A program made the position numbers and the translations under genes. The notes beneath the pieces were generated by a model. The model was not told where the DNA came from. It searched no databases and worked only from the letters and a program-made list of their open reading frames with translations. A stretch of 64,000 nt of DNA from Botryllus schlosseri. Its lineage: Eukaryota. Each line of letters opens with the position of its first letter. The first letter of the stretch is position 1. The stretch covers positions 8,494,001-8,558,000 of the forward strand of contig CM119383.1 of NCBI GenBank assembly GCA_051294905.1. The letters are read 5' to 3'. Shown here piece by piece: positions 40,428 through 52,320 of this stretch.

Positions 40428-42400
40428 CCTATATCCTCAACAGTTACACTATTTCTCTCTATCTCAAACAAGAGTAACAAATTCAATACCAATCAAACAC
40501 GAATAATTTACTTAAATGACTCAAACCGTCTTTGTAATTATCAGAGAACGATATATTTCGAGTATCACCTGAGGTCGTTCGGATGCTTTAATCTAAGGAT
40601 GTACAATGCGCATTGTGGATGTGCAATGTGCATTGTGCAAACCTGTTCGTGCGGAAGTATTAGGCACTGGCCATGATAATATACCGTCACATGATTTCGT
40701 CGCACATGCTACTTTGCGAAAGAGCATTGACAAAAAGATCGACGGCGACGAAAAAAACTCTAAATGTTTGGGCGAAACCATCCTCGCGGGACCCTAAATT
40801 CCCGGTACCGAGTAGCCTATATAGTCCTGACACTAATCCGGTGACGTACGCGGTGATGTTCATTGTTCATGGCAGGTGAGGCACACTTGCCTCCCCTGAC
40901 CGCTCGTCACATGCGCTAATCCGAGGCATGCGATGCAACTCCGATGTGGAGTGCAAGAGAATATGCTGCCCCGTGTAGAAATGCAAATTTGAAATCGCTC
41001 GCGTCGAACGGACGTAGTTTTCTTGTAGTTAGGTCAGGTATAGGCTATGTGTAGGCGATATCAAGATAGTTTGAGTATAGCGACAACCTTTTCCGAAGTT
41101 TGCGAAATGCTTCAATAAAGCTCACAAGCGAGAAACTCACGAATAGTCTTATTTGTGTGGTAAGAAAAATTGGAAATGGCCTAAAAAAACGAAGTAGCCT
41201 ACATGTACTATGTAGAATTGTAGAAGTAGCCTACATTGTTCAAAGTCCTACATTTGCGAAGTCAATACTATTCATCAGGTCTACCGGTAAGTTTGATCAC
41301 GGGCGCCTAGAGAAGATAAAAAATTAAGAGTAATATATGCAGGTACCAATATCATTGGCTTAAATAATTTTATGACCTCATACAAATTTCACGCTTTGCG
41401 CAGGTAAGACAATACATGCGTGGTAGGTCGATGGAAATAAATAGATAAGCGTAAGCATGTGCGACGCACATTGTGCGTTCGTGACTTATGTAATCCCGGA
41501 CTATATTTGACATGGAAAGAGTGCGGTTGTTCGTGATTCGTGCGTATAAGCTATCAAGGACACGGTGGCCCGCATAAGTTGTCTTGATACCCTATATCAA
41601 GACCATCAGCGTATGATGGTGGCCTGACAAAGTGTTGTCCCGATCATGACTCCCAGAAATTCAACGAAATCTCATTCACGATCTAATAGCGGGGGTACTA
41701 GCAGTAAGAAGGTTGAAAACACTGCTTATATAAATATTATACATCTCCTCGACAGGCGACAGGAATAAATGCTTCAAAATCGAACGAAACATGTCCTACC
41801 TTTATGTATGGTCCGCTAACCACCACCAGATGTAATACGAATACATCTGGTAACCGTGAAACCCGGCCATCAACATAACAGCTTAGCGAAGAATCATATA
41901 TAAACCGGGTGCTTCTGCAAGTCAGCTCGTAGCTGTCGCGTGACGTCTCTGGACGACTTAAAATCAAACTACAAGTCAAATCGAACTTGTACGCCTAACC
42001 AGGATGGAATACTTATATACCTGAATATCTGTTAATTTGCTGTGCCTCTCACTTTTCAACGTGTTTTTGTCAAGTCTTTGGATATATACACACGTAATTA
42101 CACATAAACAGGTCACGATGATGCCAATGTCATTTCATAGTCCTGATGATGTCAAGGTAATTGACAAACTGAACAGTGCGGTACTATGGGGCCATTGCCA
42201 ACTCTTACATTTTGGAAATACTAACGTTGTGATGAAATGCGTCATTGGCGTATTATGGTATCTCAATGTGAAATGTGAAATCCACATTGCTACAATCTTC
42301 CTTGACGGAAAATCGCTTTTTCAACTATGTGAATTTCATTTCGGCGATCCTCAGGTATGGCGATATAACCTTGGGCGCAGCTCGGGTTTAAAGTGTAGGG

Positions 42401-43266
42401 CAGTGGTTCTCAACCGGGGGTCCGCGAAGCATTTTCAGGGGGTCCGCGAAGCCTCTAAATTTGCAAAATGATTGATAACCTATTTTTATTTTATTTTTAA
42501 AATAGAGGAATTACGAGGAAGTGTCGCTTCATTACTGCTACAACTTCATGACTCACTTCAACAGAATGACCGTCTGAGACGAAATATCGTACTGTGCAAA
42601 CTCACTTTAATCGCCAAATTGCCAACAGCCTACTCATACAAACACATTGCTGTTTAGAGATGTTTTGTTCGGGTTTGGTGAAAAAATCAAAAAGTAGGTT
42701 TAGTAAGGTCAATCAGCGTGACTTCAAAGGTTTGCCAAAATCCATTTTTTCCTGTGAACGACTATTCCAGAACAACTTCGAGGTGAGCAGGATAGAAATG
42801 ACTGGGATGGACGTTATATGTTCAATAAAAAATATGTGTCTCAATTTTGACGGCCGACATATATGTTGATATCACAACCAAAGGGGTCGTCGGAAGCGTT
42901 GCCCGTTGTTATACCACCCACAACCACCCATCTTTATGGAAATATATCTTCGGCAGTCGTTCATATCAAATCAAAGACTCGGATTTTCAAGACACGATCA
43001 CGTTTTTCAAGAAATGCAGCTGCAGAGTTCGCTACCGTCTACCCAATTTCCACATAAACAGTGTAATGTCATTTTCGAGAATAGTCATTTTGTTGCTGTT
43101 TCTCACTAGTCACTATAGCCTACAGTTAATTTGACGAATATATTCGTCAAATGCAGATGACGGTTGCGTGATAATTGAGCTAAATTTGAACCAACACTTG
43201 GGGGTCCGCGGGGGTTCTTGACGGTCCAAAAGGGGTCCACGAAGACAAAAACGTTGAGAACAACTG
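42401..43266. mobile_element. hAT-type MITE
   Basis: TIRs CAGTGGTTCTCAAC / GTTGAGAACAACTG; TSD GTGTAGGG/GTTTAGGT (6/8); a related right-end fragment near 48670-48810. Confidence 0.75.
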
Positions 43267-43643
43267 GTTTAGGTCGAGGATCGAGTTTCCGGTTCGGATG
43301 CAGGGTCGATCAGGCATCACTCACCAGTTTCCATAGCTGTCACATGAGAATAACAATTGCAGTAATACGTAAAATCATATGGTCAGTATAAGAAACACAA
43401 ATTTTAAAAAAATCCCCAACTCAGGGTATCATATGGCCTTCTAAAACCTCAAATTTTGATCTGACTTCATATATAGTAGGCCTTGAATACAGCCTATAGT
43501 GCGTAATAATGTTCATATCAAGAGACAGGAGTGCCACCCTCTAACAATACCTTTACGTAATTGGCGAATAAAGAAAAAAAAAGTTCGATGATTGGAACTC
43601 TTTTATTAGAAATGATAAACATACCGCCTCGATTTATCAAATT

Positions 43644-43698
43644 TGCTCAGTCACCGAAGTCTTTTGGTGATATATTTGCGATGAATAGTTACCACGTG
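43644..43698. promoter_or_regulatory. Candidate ARE (CNC-sMaf site) plus E-box upstream of MS4A-like paralogue A
   Basis: TGCTCAGTCAC (reverse complement GTGACTGAGCA) at 43644-43654 and CACGTG at 43693-43698, conserved at the matching position upstream of paralogue B. Confidence 0.45.
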
Positions 43699-43855
43699 AT
43701 GAGACTCTCAGACAATTCTCAAAACGATTGTGACCGATTGTCAAAGGAGAGGTGACTTCTTATATATTTAGATAAGCGATCTCGTGGCAGATAGCACTAA
43801 ACTGGTTGTGATTGTAACATTAATTCATTCGCTATTCGGGAGTCAGCGCATAAAT

Positions 43856-46801
43856 ATGGGAGAGAAGTGGAATTATTTTCAACCGCTGACTGTCTCGAGC
43901 CGTTACAAGAATTCATTGGTAGCATTTTCTGTAAGTCAAAGAAAATCTTATAGACCTACTTCAGTAACCACAGACCAGGTATTCTTTTTGCTGTAGGAAC
44001 CTGACTAATAAGGGAGCCTTTAGCTCGATTCTAATTCGAAATACCATTATTTTGTCACATTTCTACATCATGCAGTCACCCATTGTCTCGTGGCCTCTGA
44101 TCACAGTATATTGAGAGTCGAGTAGGCCTACCATGCCATACTAATTTCGCATAAGTAAGAAAGATTAGTCGTAGGTCTACACTCTACAATCTACATACAT
44201 ATATTCACACCCGTAAATCACAGGTGCTTTTGCATGATGTCGCGAACTGCTGACTCATTGATTAACTTGACTTAATTTCCTGGTATTCTCAGGTTTTCGT
44301 AGTGAAAACAAGAGTGTGCGGTTCGAATTCGAAGATAGCTCATAGCAGCCATATAACAATGACAATATTTAACGTCACATTAATACTATGACGACATGCA
44401 ACGATCACTACGATTTTGTTACTCCAACTTCAGCATTCGCTATTGCCGAACTGTTCGCGTTTATCTCATTTTCTCTTAATCTACATTACTGATGTTTGTT
44501 TTAGGTGATTGAAATCCTGCTCTCGATAAGCAGCATAGGACTCGCGATTCCTACAATATATTTTACACGGCAAACGTACATTGATTGCTACAATTCTCTG
44601 ACATCGGGATCCCTGACAACGTGTAATTTATACTCCAGGCTTTACATTTATTCTCTTACAAGTCAGGGAATATGGGAGGGCGTGTTGGTAAGGATATTCT
44701 AATACATTGTAGGGGTTACAGATATATTTTGATTGAAGTCCGGGAGAAACTTGGCGGATTTAAACTTTAGGAATTTATATTCATATCAGGGATATATAGA
44801 ATTGATATCCTTGATTCGTATAAACAAAGCATCTGTTATATCAGAGAAATAGCAACGACTAAAATTGTTGTCAAGATGTGTCAACGTATTATAGATCATT
44901 TTTTGCCAAAATGAAAATAGGTGAGGTCGATGCCAGATTGAGATACCGCACTTGGTTGGTAGCTTCGGCATTCTGCTATCTGTTCATTACATCGCATATT
45001 GTGTCATATGTCTCGCATTCTACATTGTGAGTTTTGGGCGAAGAACAATATAATGGTAGCGCCGATTGATTGATTGATTGATTGAGATAGGCAGGATAGT
45101 CTCGAAATTATAAAAGCGGAATGAGCTTAAACGTGAAAAACGAACTGAATGAAACTTATACCGCTGTGTAGCCTACCTAATGCTAGCTGCTAGCATATTG
45201 GAGAGTAAATTTTCGAACACATCGCGAGACGCTGGAGCATTGGCTGCGTCTCCAATTCAATGGCCGTTTCGGGTGGCTGGTCAATTTTCTAAATTCAAAT
45301 TAGGAATGGTTCTAATTTGTAACGTTTGACCCACATTGACAACGAGAGTAAAAGTAGAACGGTGTTTGTGCAAAAATAAATTTGAAAGTCGACCGCGGGC
45401 TGTTTTGATTTGGAAATATGGATATAAATCATGCTTGTATGTATAATATATATTAATCGTCGGAACGCAACAATATCGTAGTCAGGAATTCCATTTCACC
45501 AAGTCCTATGAAGAGTACAATTTGGATAAGGTTTCGCAAGGTCGCTGTCCTCGAGTTGGAGACGGTGCTGAAATGGTTTTGTCTGATTTATTTACATAAT
45601 GGCCGAATCCTATGACGTTTTGAAATAACATAATTTAAAATTATGAACGAAGCCTATAGGTAAACTGGTCAGCCTTTGCCGAATCCCACTTTTTAACAAA
45701 TATTATTCCATTTAGACAGTACACCCTAACCCAATGGTTCCCAACCATTTTCCACCCATGTACCATTTCGATGTTTTATGTAGTGCTAGCGTACCACCTA
45801 CATAAGTTACGGGCGCCGAAGGCGGTCGAACATTGTTTCCACCGTGGTAAACTGTTGAAGGCAGCGAAACAGAAAATGAACCGCCCATTTTAAGTCCCAG
45901 TATGATTTCTGTAGTTGATCCATTTGGGATTCTTATGGTCAAACATATTAAAACGGAATTTGGCTAGGTAAGAATCTCAATGCTTTACGACTAGATCTCT
46001 TCCCCGTAGGCCGTCATTGGTGGGATTGCCCTTACGCGTACCGCAGGTTGGGAACCACTGCCCTAGCCTAATACGTATATATTTATATACATATCTCAAA
46101 TCAGTTTTAAATTTATTCGTATCGTTTTCAACATGGGTAAGTCTAAAAATATATTTTGCATAGATACGATTTGTTTAGCAAGACATTTTACGAGCCTCCG
46201 TGGATTTACAGATCTGATAATAATTTCACGTTTTCTATTAAGATGCTAATTTCCGCCGCAGTAGCCATCGATTTCACGAAAATTACTTCCTGGAAAACAG
46301 TAAGTAGGCTACTAAAATGGTATGCAGGGAAGTATAGTATAACTTTTCACAATTTACAGTGGTCCTATATGAATGGATTTTCAATTATTGCAAATATGGT
46401 CACTGGAGCAATGATTGCATTTGAAGCACTTGCGGTATCGGAATACATCGGCGCTGGATACGTAATTCGCAGTTCTTACGACGTGAGGATATTTAAGATT
46501 TAGCAATGTTTTGTAATGTATGTATTAAATTTAACAACATTATCGATCTACTTTGCAGTATATCTTGTGGTGCTTGCATTGTGCGTTGCTGGCGGTTGCT
46601 TGTGCATTTTGGTTGATATCAACAATGAAACGTGTAGTCGTATCGAGAGTTAAGGCTTGGGGAAATGTAGCAGTAAGTATATTAAATATCAAGTGCGCTT
46701 GTTCGTTTTGTGCTGAATGCAATATATTATGAATTTAGGTCGCCAACTTGGATGGAGATCCATACCCGCCACCCCAGGCAGAGTACAACGTTCCGAGATA
46801 A
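43856..46801 (+). CDS. MS4A/CD20-like four-transmembrane protein, paralogue A (204 aa)
   Basis: Exons 43856-43930, 44505-44687, 46243-46299, 46360-46482, 46559-46672, 46739-46801; all GT-AG and all phase 0. Four hydrophobic segments, a Cys pair in the first loop, and QGIWEGVLMLISAAVAI resembling the MS4A TM2 motif GxWxG..ISG. The family assignment is by motif recognition only. Confidence 0.8.
45732..46060. mobile_element. hAT-type MITE in intron 2 of paralogue A
   Basis: TIRs CAATGGTTCCCAACC / GGTTGGGAACCACTG; TSD CCCTAACC/CCCTAGCC (7/8). Confidence 0.8.
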
Positions 46802-48936
46802 ACACGGCTACGACATTACAGAACCTACTTATCTTTGGAAAATATTTCTAATATATATATCAATGGTTTCGCCATAAGTGTAGCTTTTGAGCTGTTTTCT
46901 CTGCCTTACGCTGTTGTACAAGTTATTGTCGTGACGTATTACGACCCATATTTTTTCGGTACCGCGTTAGAACTTTATCGCTCTAAATGCGAACGTTGCT
47001 ACTGGCGTGACGACGCAATGGAAGTTAAGCAATGAAGCTATAAGGCGGCCTCTCTCTATGTGGCCATCAACGGAACGACCCGATGTTAACTATCATTTAA
47101 ATCACGGATAGGAATCCCACCCATGAATTTGGCAATGCGCTGCCTGACATATTACATCTGGACTTCACTATATCTATGTTAAATATACCGTCGATAACCG
47201 AACGGATGGCTTCAGGCAGCAAGCACAACATGTCCGATATGGATAGACGCAGGAATACTGATATATATTACGCTGTTTGCAGCATGTTTGGCCTATTTGA
47301 CTCTGTATTGAACTTTTTGCGTACAGGATGCAGATATAGGATTCGTAGGGACTCCTGCGGATCATCCAGTCAGCTGCAACCCATTTAATACACATCCATA
47401 AGATAAAATTGCATCATGCACCAATTGTAGACGAGCAACGATGGTTGCATTTCTTAGTCATGACGTCAGAAAAATCTTTCATTGACTATTGAAAATGTAG
47501 GGTGAATCTAGCTCCTTTGACGAAAAAGGCTTCCGATCCCTGTCTTAAGCGGACCAAAAGATATCTTTAACCAGTACTGCATAATTATGCAGCATTTTTA
47601 CGATCGGCGGTCATCATCATCAAAACATTCATTCCGTAAGAATGATCTACGTGCTATAACTGCTGTACCAACGACGATTTCGCGGGTACCAAAAACAATT
47701 CCACATCGTATACGTCGACTAAACCGAATGCAAATATTCCGTAGGCTCATACTATATGTTTTTTATTACCAAGCCGGTGTCTTTATAGAGATCAGTTTCA
47801 TTTATAATACATTTAATAACTTTTAAGCTTACTTATATTTTTCAAATTATTTCCATGAAAACTCGTTAAAGCATATTCATATTTTACTTCCGTAGCAGTA
47901 CTTGAACTATATTTCAAGCATGTTTTGGCACGGTTTGCTGCGTTCTTCACTAAAACATTTAGGCCTCTTTTTCTACAAACAGCTTCTTTGAGGTACAGAA
48001 CTTCAATATACAGTTGGATAGTATATTCATATTGAAATGAACCCGAATATTTTCGGCTGACACTCGTCAGGGGTAATCGTCAGCAACTAGTAGAGAATTC
48101 GAAAGAACAGCGTATATCAACAATCGTAACACAAAATATGACGTCACCAGCACGAAATGTCGAATACAAAAGTAAATTTATCGAGTATTTTTGCATTCTC
48201 GAATATGGTAACACCATATTTATGTAGTTGCCGCGTGAACGTGGCTCTCTATTTCTGCCCTAATTTGAGGAAAAAGAGCAGGCTGGTGCTATATACACAA
48301 AGGATAGTCGCTTGTCTGGGGATAGGGGGTGAATGACGAAGTACCTCCACATTTTTGAGTAATCAAGTAGGTTTTTCCTATAGTTGCACTGTAGGCCTAC
48401 TGACCCCAGTCAGCTGTGTTTTTTTTACTCATACTTGAACTTCTACTTGATTGACTACTGAAATAATTTGTCTTGGACTTCTACACTGTTCGTCTATTTA
48501 TTCCTGAAATATATCAATGTTTGATAACGAATTTTCAAGACACGACCACGTATTAAAGAAATGCAGTTTCAGGATTGGTTTTGAAATATTAAATCTCTAC
48601 CTAATTTCTATATAAATAGTGTGATGTTATTTTCACGAAAAATCCTTCCGTTCTGTTTGTTCTAGCCTACAGTTAATATTTGCACAAGACAGGTGACGGT
48701 TACAGGTTAATTGAACTAAATTTGAACTATAAAAGGTGAGGGGGTCCGCGGGGTCCGTGCCGGTCCAAAAGGGGTGCGCAAAGACAAAGAGGTTGAAAAC
48801 TGCGGGTGTATGATGACTTTCGAGGAAACCGCCACAATAGCTCAGACATTTTAAACTATGGTATCCTCGAGCCCTGAGTATGGTATTTTGCAATTCATGT
48901 ACGTTGCAGCCTTAATCATCCTTATTTTGATTAGGC

Positions 48937-50115
48937 CAGGGGTGGCCAACCAGCGGACGTACGGCAGCATGCAGTCATGAAACAATAATTGTGCGGTCGT
49001 CTACACATAATTAAATTGGCGTATGTTGGCGACAGTCAATATGCAATTTGAAATAACGAATTGGTTCACAAATCTTTGAGAGATTTTAATTGAATATAAA
49101 AATTTCTTCACGCTTGGCGCGATTCAGAGTCTCTTGGACTCACCTTTTTGATATAATATTTTCCTTGCAATCTGAGCCCCACCGTAGAAATGCAGAGGAC
49201 AATGAGGCGCCTCATAAAGAAATACCAAGTTGGAATCGTGTGCGTCTCACAAATGAAGGTTTTGCTGTTACGTTTGGCCGATTTATGAAATATTTTCATT
49301 ATACTAGGGTTACCATATTTTGGGAATCTGAAAAGAGGACACTTGTTTCAAAATTTTCATACTTGCAATACTTGAGTAAAATCCTTAAAAAATGGTGCAT
49401 TTCTCCCGAGTTAAATTTACAACTTTCCGGCTCAACTCCTGAAATATTGAAATGCCCATTTCTATCAGGTTTTCCGTTGGTTGACTAAAAATATGTCATT
49501 TTTTCAGTCCAATTTCCACGTGGACATAAGGTAACCCTAGACTACCGACAGTTCTAATTGGGAGCTCAAGATATAACAACATGTAACAAAGTGAATGATA
49601 AAAACCTGGAGATGAATCATCTTAATTTTGTACCCATCAGCTCCACCGGTTAATGTGATTATGGGAGTTGAGAATGGAGAGATATTTTAATGTAGTATGT
49701 GTAACTATCGATATTATCGACGAAATTCATTTACGAGGCTGGGAAAATTTTCGCGAACCGCGCGCGACTAAAAACCAAATCCCAATAATTTTCCTAACAT
49801 TCATACTCGCGATTTTGGTGCAAGCCTGCGGGGACGTTCTGCGTCTACAGTTAGGCATATTTCTCGAAATCAGTCATGGCACAGAATACCGAAAGGGCTA
49901 TCCGCTTTGTGGAGTTCCTGGCAGCCGATTTAACATGAGTATTTGTCGTCTATGGGCCATGGTGACTCTTCGCTGGAATGCGACCGTAAGCAGCAAGGTT
50001 GAACGCCCCTGGATTAGGCTTACTATTGAATCGGTGTATTATCTGGTCAGGGGTGTACGAGTTTTGAGTAAACGCTGAAAGGGTGTACCACGACTAAAAA
50101 GGTTGGTGAGCACTG
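48937..50115. mobile_element. Cluster of hAT-type MITE ends and fragments
   Basis: CAGGGGTGGCCAACC at 48937, TAGGGTTACC...GGTAACCCTA element at 49305-49539, AAGGTTGGTGAGCACTG ending 50115. TSDs do not match, so probably several decayed elements. Confidence 0.5.
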
Positions 50116-50604
50116 TTCTAGAGGACAGGGAAATGTGAGTCTTTTCAGCTACATCTTTTGATTTTATCCCAATCTTGCGCTGGTTGAACTGATGACATAT
50201 TACTAAACAATTGAATGAATTGTTGCTGTCCAGGTTAATAAATCTGTGAATATTTTTAAATTTCGTTTTTAATGTCGAAACCTAATAATCTCAACTTCTT
50301 ACTTTCTCATTGTACATTCCTCGTCGAAGTCATGTGACGGAAATGATTTTCACAGTTTTTTTCTGGACATATTCTAAATTTTGAAAAAAGTCTTTGTCTT
50401 TCTAATATCATATCGACGGTTTGCGTCATTATCGTTCCATCTGTAGAGCGCAAATTGCGCACTTTAACAGAATGTGGTACTGTCATATCTCTCACCACGG
50501 AAGTGTGCCGTCAAATAATTGTTACATTCGCCATGGGATGGGTATTGCTTGTATCAGCAAATTATGTCGTCGCTCTCAATATGGTGAACCTCATATTTTA
50601 CGTA

Positions 50605-51806
50605 GGGGAGATGTGGTACCGATGAATCAAAAATCGCAAAATGATCTCTGACCCTCAAATCTTCAGCCGGGAATAGCAGATCTTTTGCTGTCTCAACACT
50701 TCGATACAAGCTCTACCTATCGCGGACATTTACATGAATATCCGCCTTTTCAAAAAATATTTGTAAACGTTTAAAATTTGTTGCTCGAACGTGTCATCGG
50801 TCCCCACCCGGTGGGTCCAAAGGCACACGACCATGGGACCAATGAGACATACGCTCAAATTTGTTAACTTGTTTTGTTGTGTACTATAAGCTAAGCTACA
50901 GTAAGCCAATGAAGAATGTTTCGTCGCGGCCTTTAAGAATAAAATTGATTATATCAACTCAAATGTTGGCGTAAAATCATGTTTTGATTTACGCCTAAAC
51001 TTACAAAATTAATGCCACATACATATTACCCGCAAATCGACATTTTGACTTTCAAATACCTCGTAATAGCGATAAGAGAGAGAGAGATATGATATTATTT
51101 TTCGCCTGCACCATCGAGATGCTTTGACGACGGAGTTGCAATACGGCCCCATGAGGTCATCTAGTCTGCGCCCCCGGTTTTTTTCTCCATGCTATCCGTG
51201 ATTGCTGAGCGCCTAGCAGGATAGCTGCGGATACCAATTTTCGAGTCTTTGGTATGACCCGGCCGGGGATCGAACCCACGACCTACTGCTCGAGAAGCCG
51301 GACGCATAACCATTACACTATTACACCACATGTAACTATCATTTACAGTCTCTATGTAGGCGAGTTTCTGTTGCTAAGTAATTAGTTGGTCCATCTATTT
51401 TGCTTGATTTGGCTATGGTACCATAGGTCCCCCACCCCCTAAATATTGTAATTGACTTGACAATAGTCCACTCGAGGATGGTATTGATTCAAAAAATATG
51501 TGTCATTAATCATTATATACGCTGATACAAGCCCTATACTTCACATTAAAAATTATGGCGGGTTTGTTAGTCTGAAAGCTGATATAGAAAAATGAAAATG
51601 TCGATCCAAATTTACTTTAGACCCCCTAATACGTAAATCATTCGTCACAGACCCCATAACTCACGGGGTCGAATTTTTTTGCATGTGAGGAAAGATTCTG
51701 TCAGCATGTAATTGTAGACAAATTCCCGGAGTGTAATCAAGGAATTATCATGGAGAATTTTTCAAGTATTTTCGGTCCCAGTGATCCATAGGTACCACAT
51801 CTCCCA
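50605..51806. mobile_element. TA-flanked TIR element (Tc1/mariner-pogo-type, non-autonomous) containing a SINE
   Basis: GGGGAGATGTGGTACCGATGAATCA versus TGATCCATAGGTACCACATCTCCCA, with TA on both sides. Confidence 0.65.
51211..51318 (-). mobile_element. tRNA-derived SINE head, copy 2
   Basis: Canonical B box GGTTCGATCC on the minus strand; near-identical to 40320-40427. Confidence 0.7.
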
Positions 51807-52094
51807 TATAGTGACAATCGTTTACCAGAGTCTTGCATTGGATCATCCACGAATCGTCTTTCTTACAATGCTTCTTATAGGTTGCACTCTAGAAAGGACA
51901 CATTCCGAGTTATAGATTCTCATGGTGTCTCAATCCGCTGGAAAAATAGATCAGAAGCATATTGTATCTAGGGCAGGGTAAGACGGGAGTGTCACGCGCT
52001 GACAATAATACTCACTCCTCACACGTGATTAGTGAACAAAAAAGAGTTTGTAAAAAACAGATAAACATAGTCGCCCCCATATCTCAAATAAATG

Positions 52095-52145
52095 TGCTTA
52101 GTCACGGAATTCTTTTGACTATTTGTTATGAATAGTTACCATGTG
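52095..52145. promoter_or_regulatory. Candidate ARE plus E/M-box upstream of MS4A-like paralogue B
   Basis: TGCTTAGTCAC (reverse complement GTGACTAAGCA) at 52095-52105 and CATGTG at 52140-52145. Confidence 0.45.
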
Positions 52146-52320
52146 AGACCCGCGGCATATTGTCCAAGCGAGTGCGAATGAGTGATGGTCAAAAGAAACG
52201 TGACATCTTCTGTTTACATAAAAGAGCTCGTGCCTTGCTAGGACAGGGGCAACTATAATCGCTGTAATCCAAGAATCGATTCATTCATAATTGTATAAGC
52301 TAGGCAGTCAACTTACGAAT

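Noticed and set aside
49090-50078. 132-aa and 136-aa ORFs
   Set aside because: They lie within MITE fragments, start at non-ATG codons and show no transposase or other motifs.
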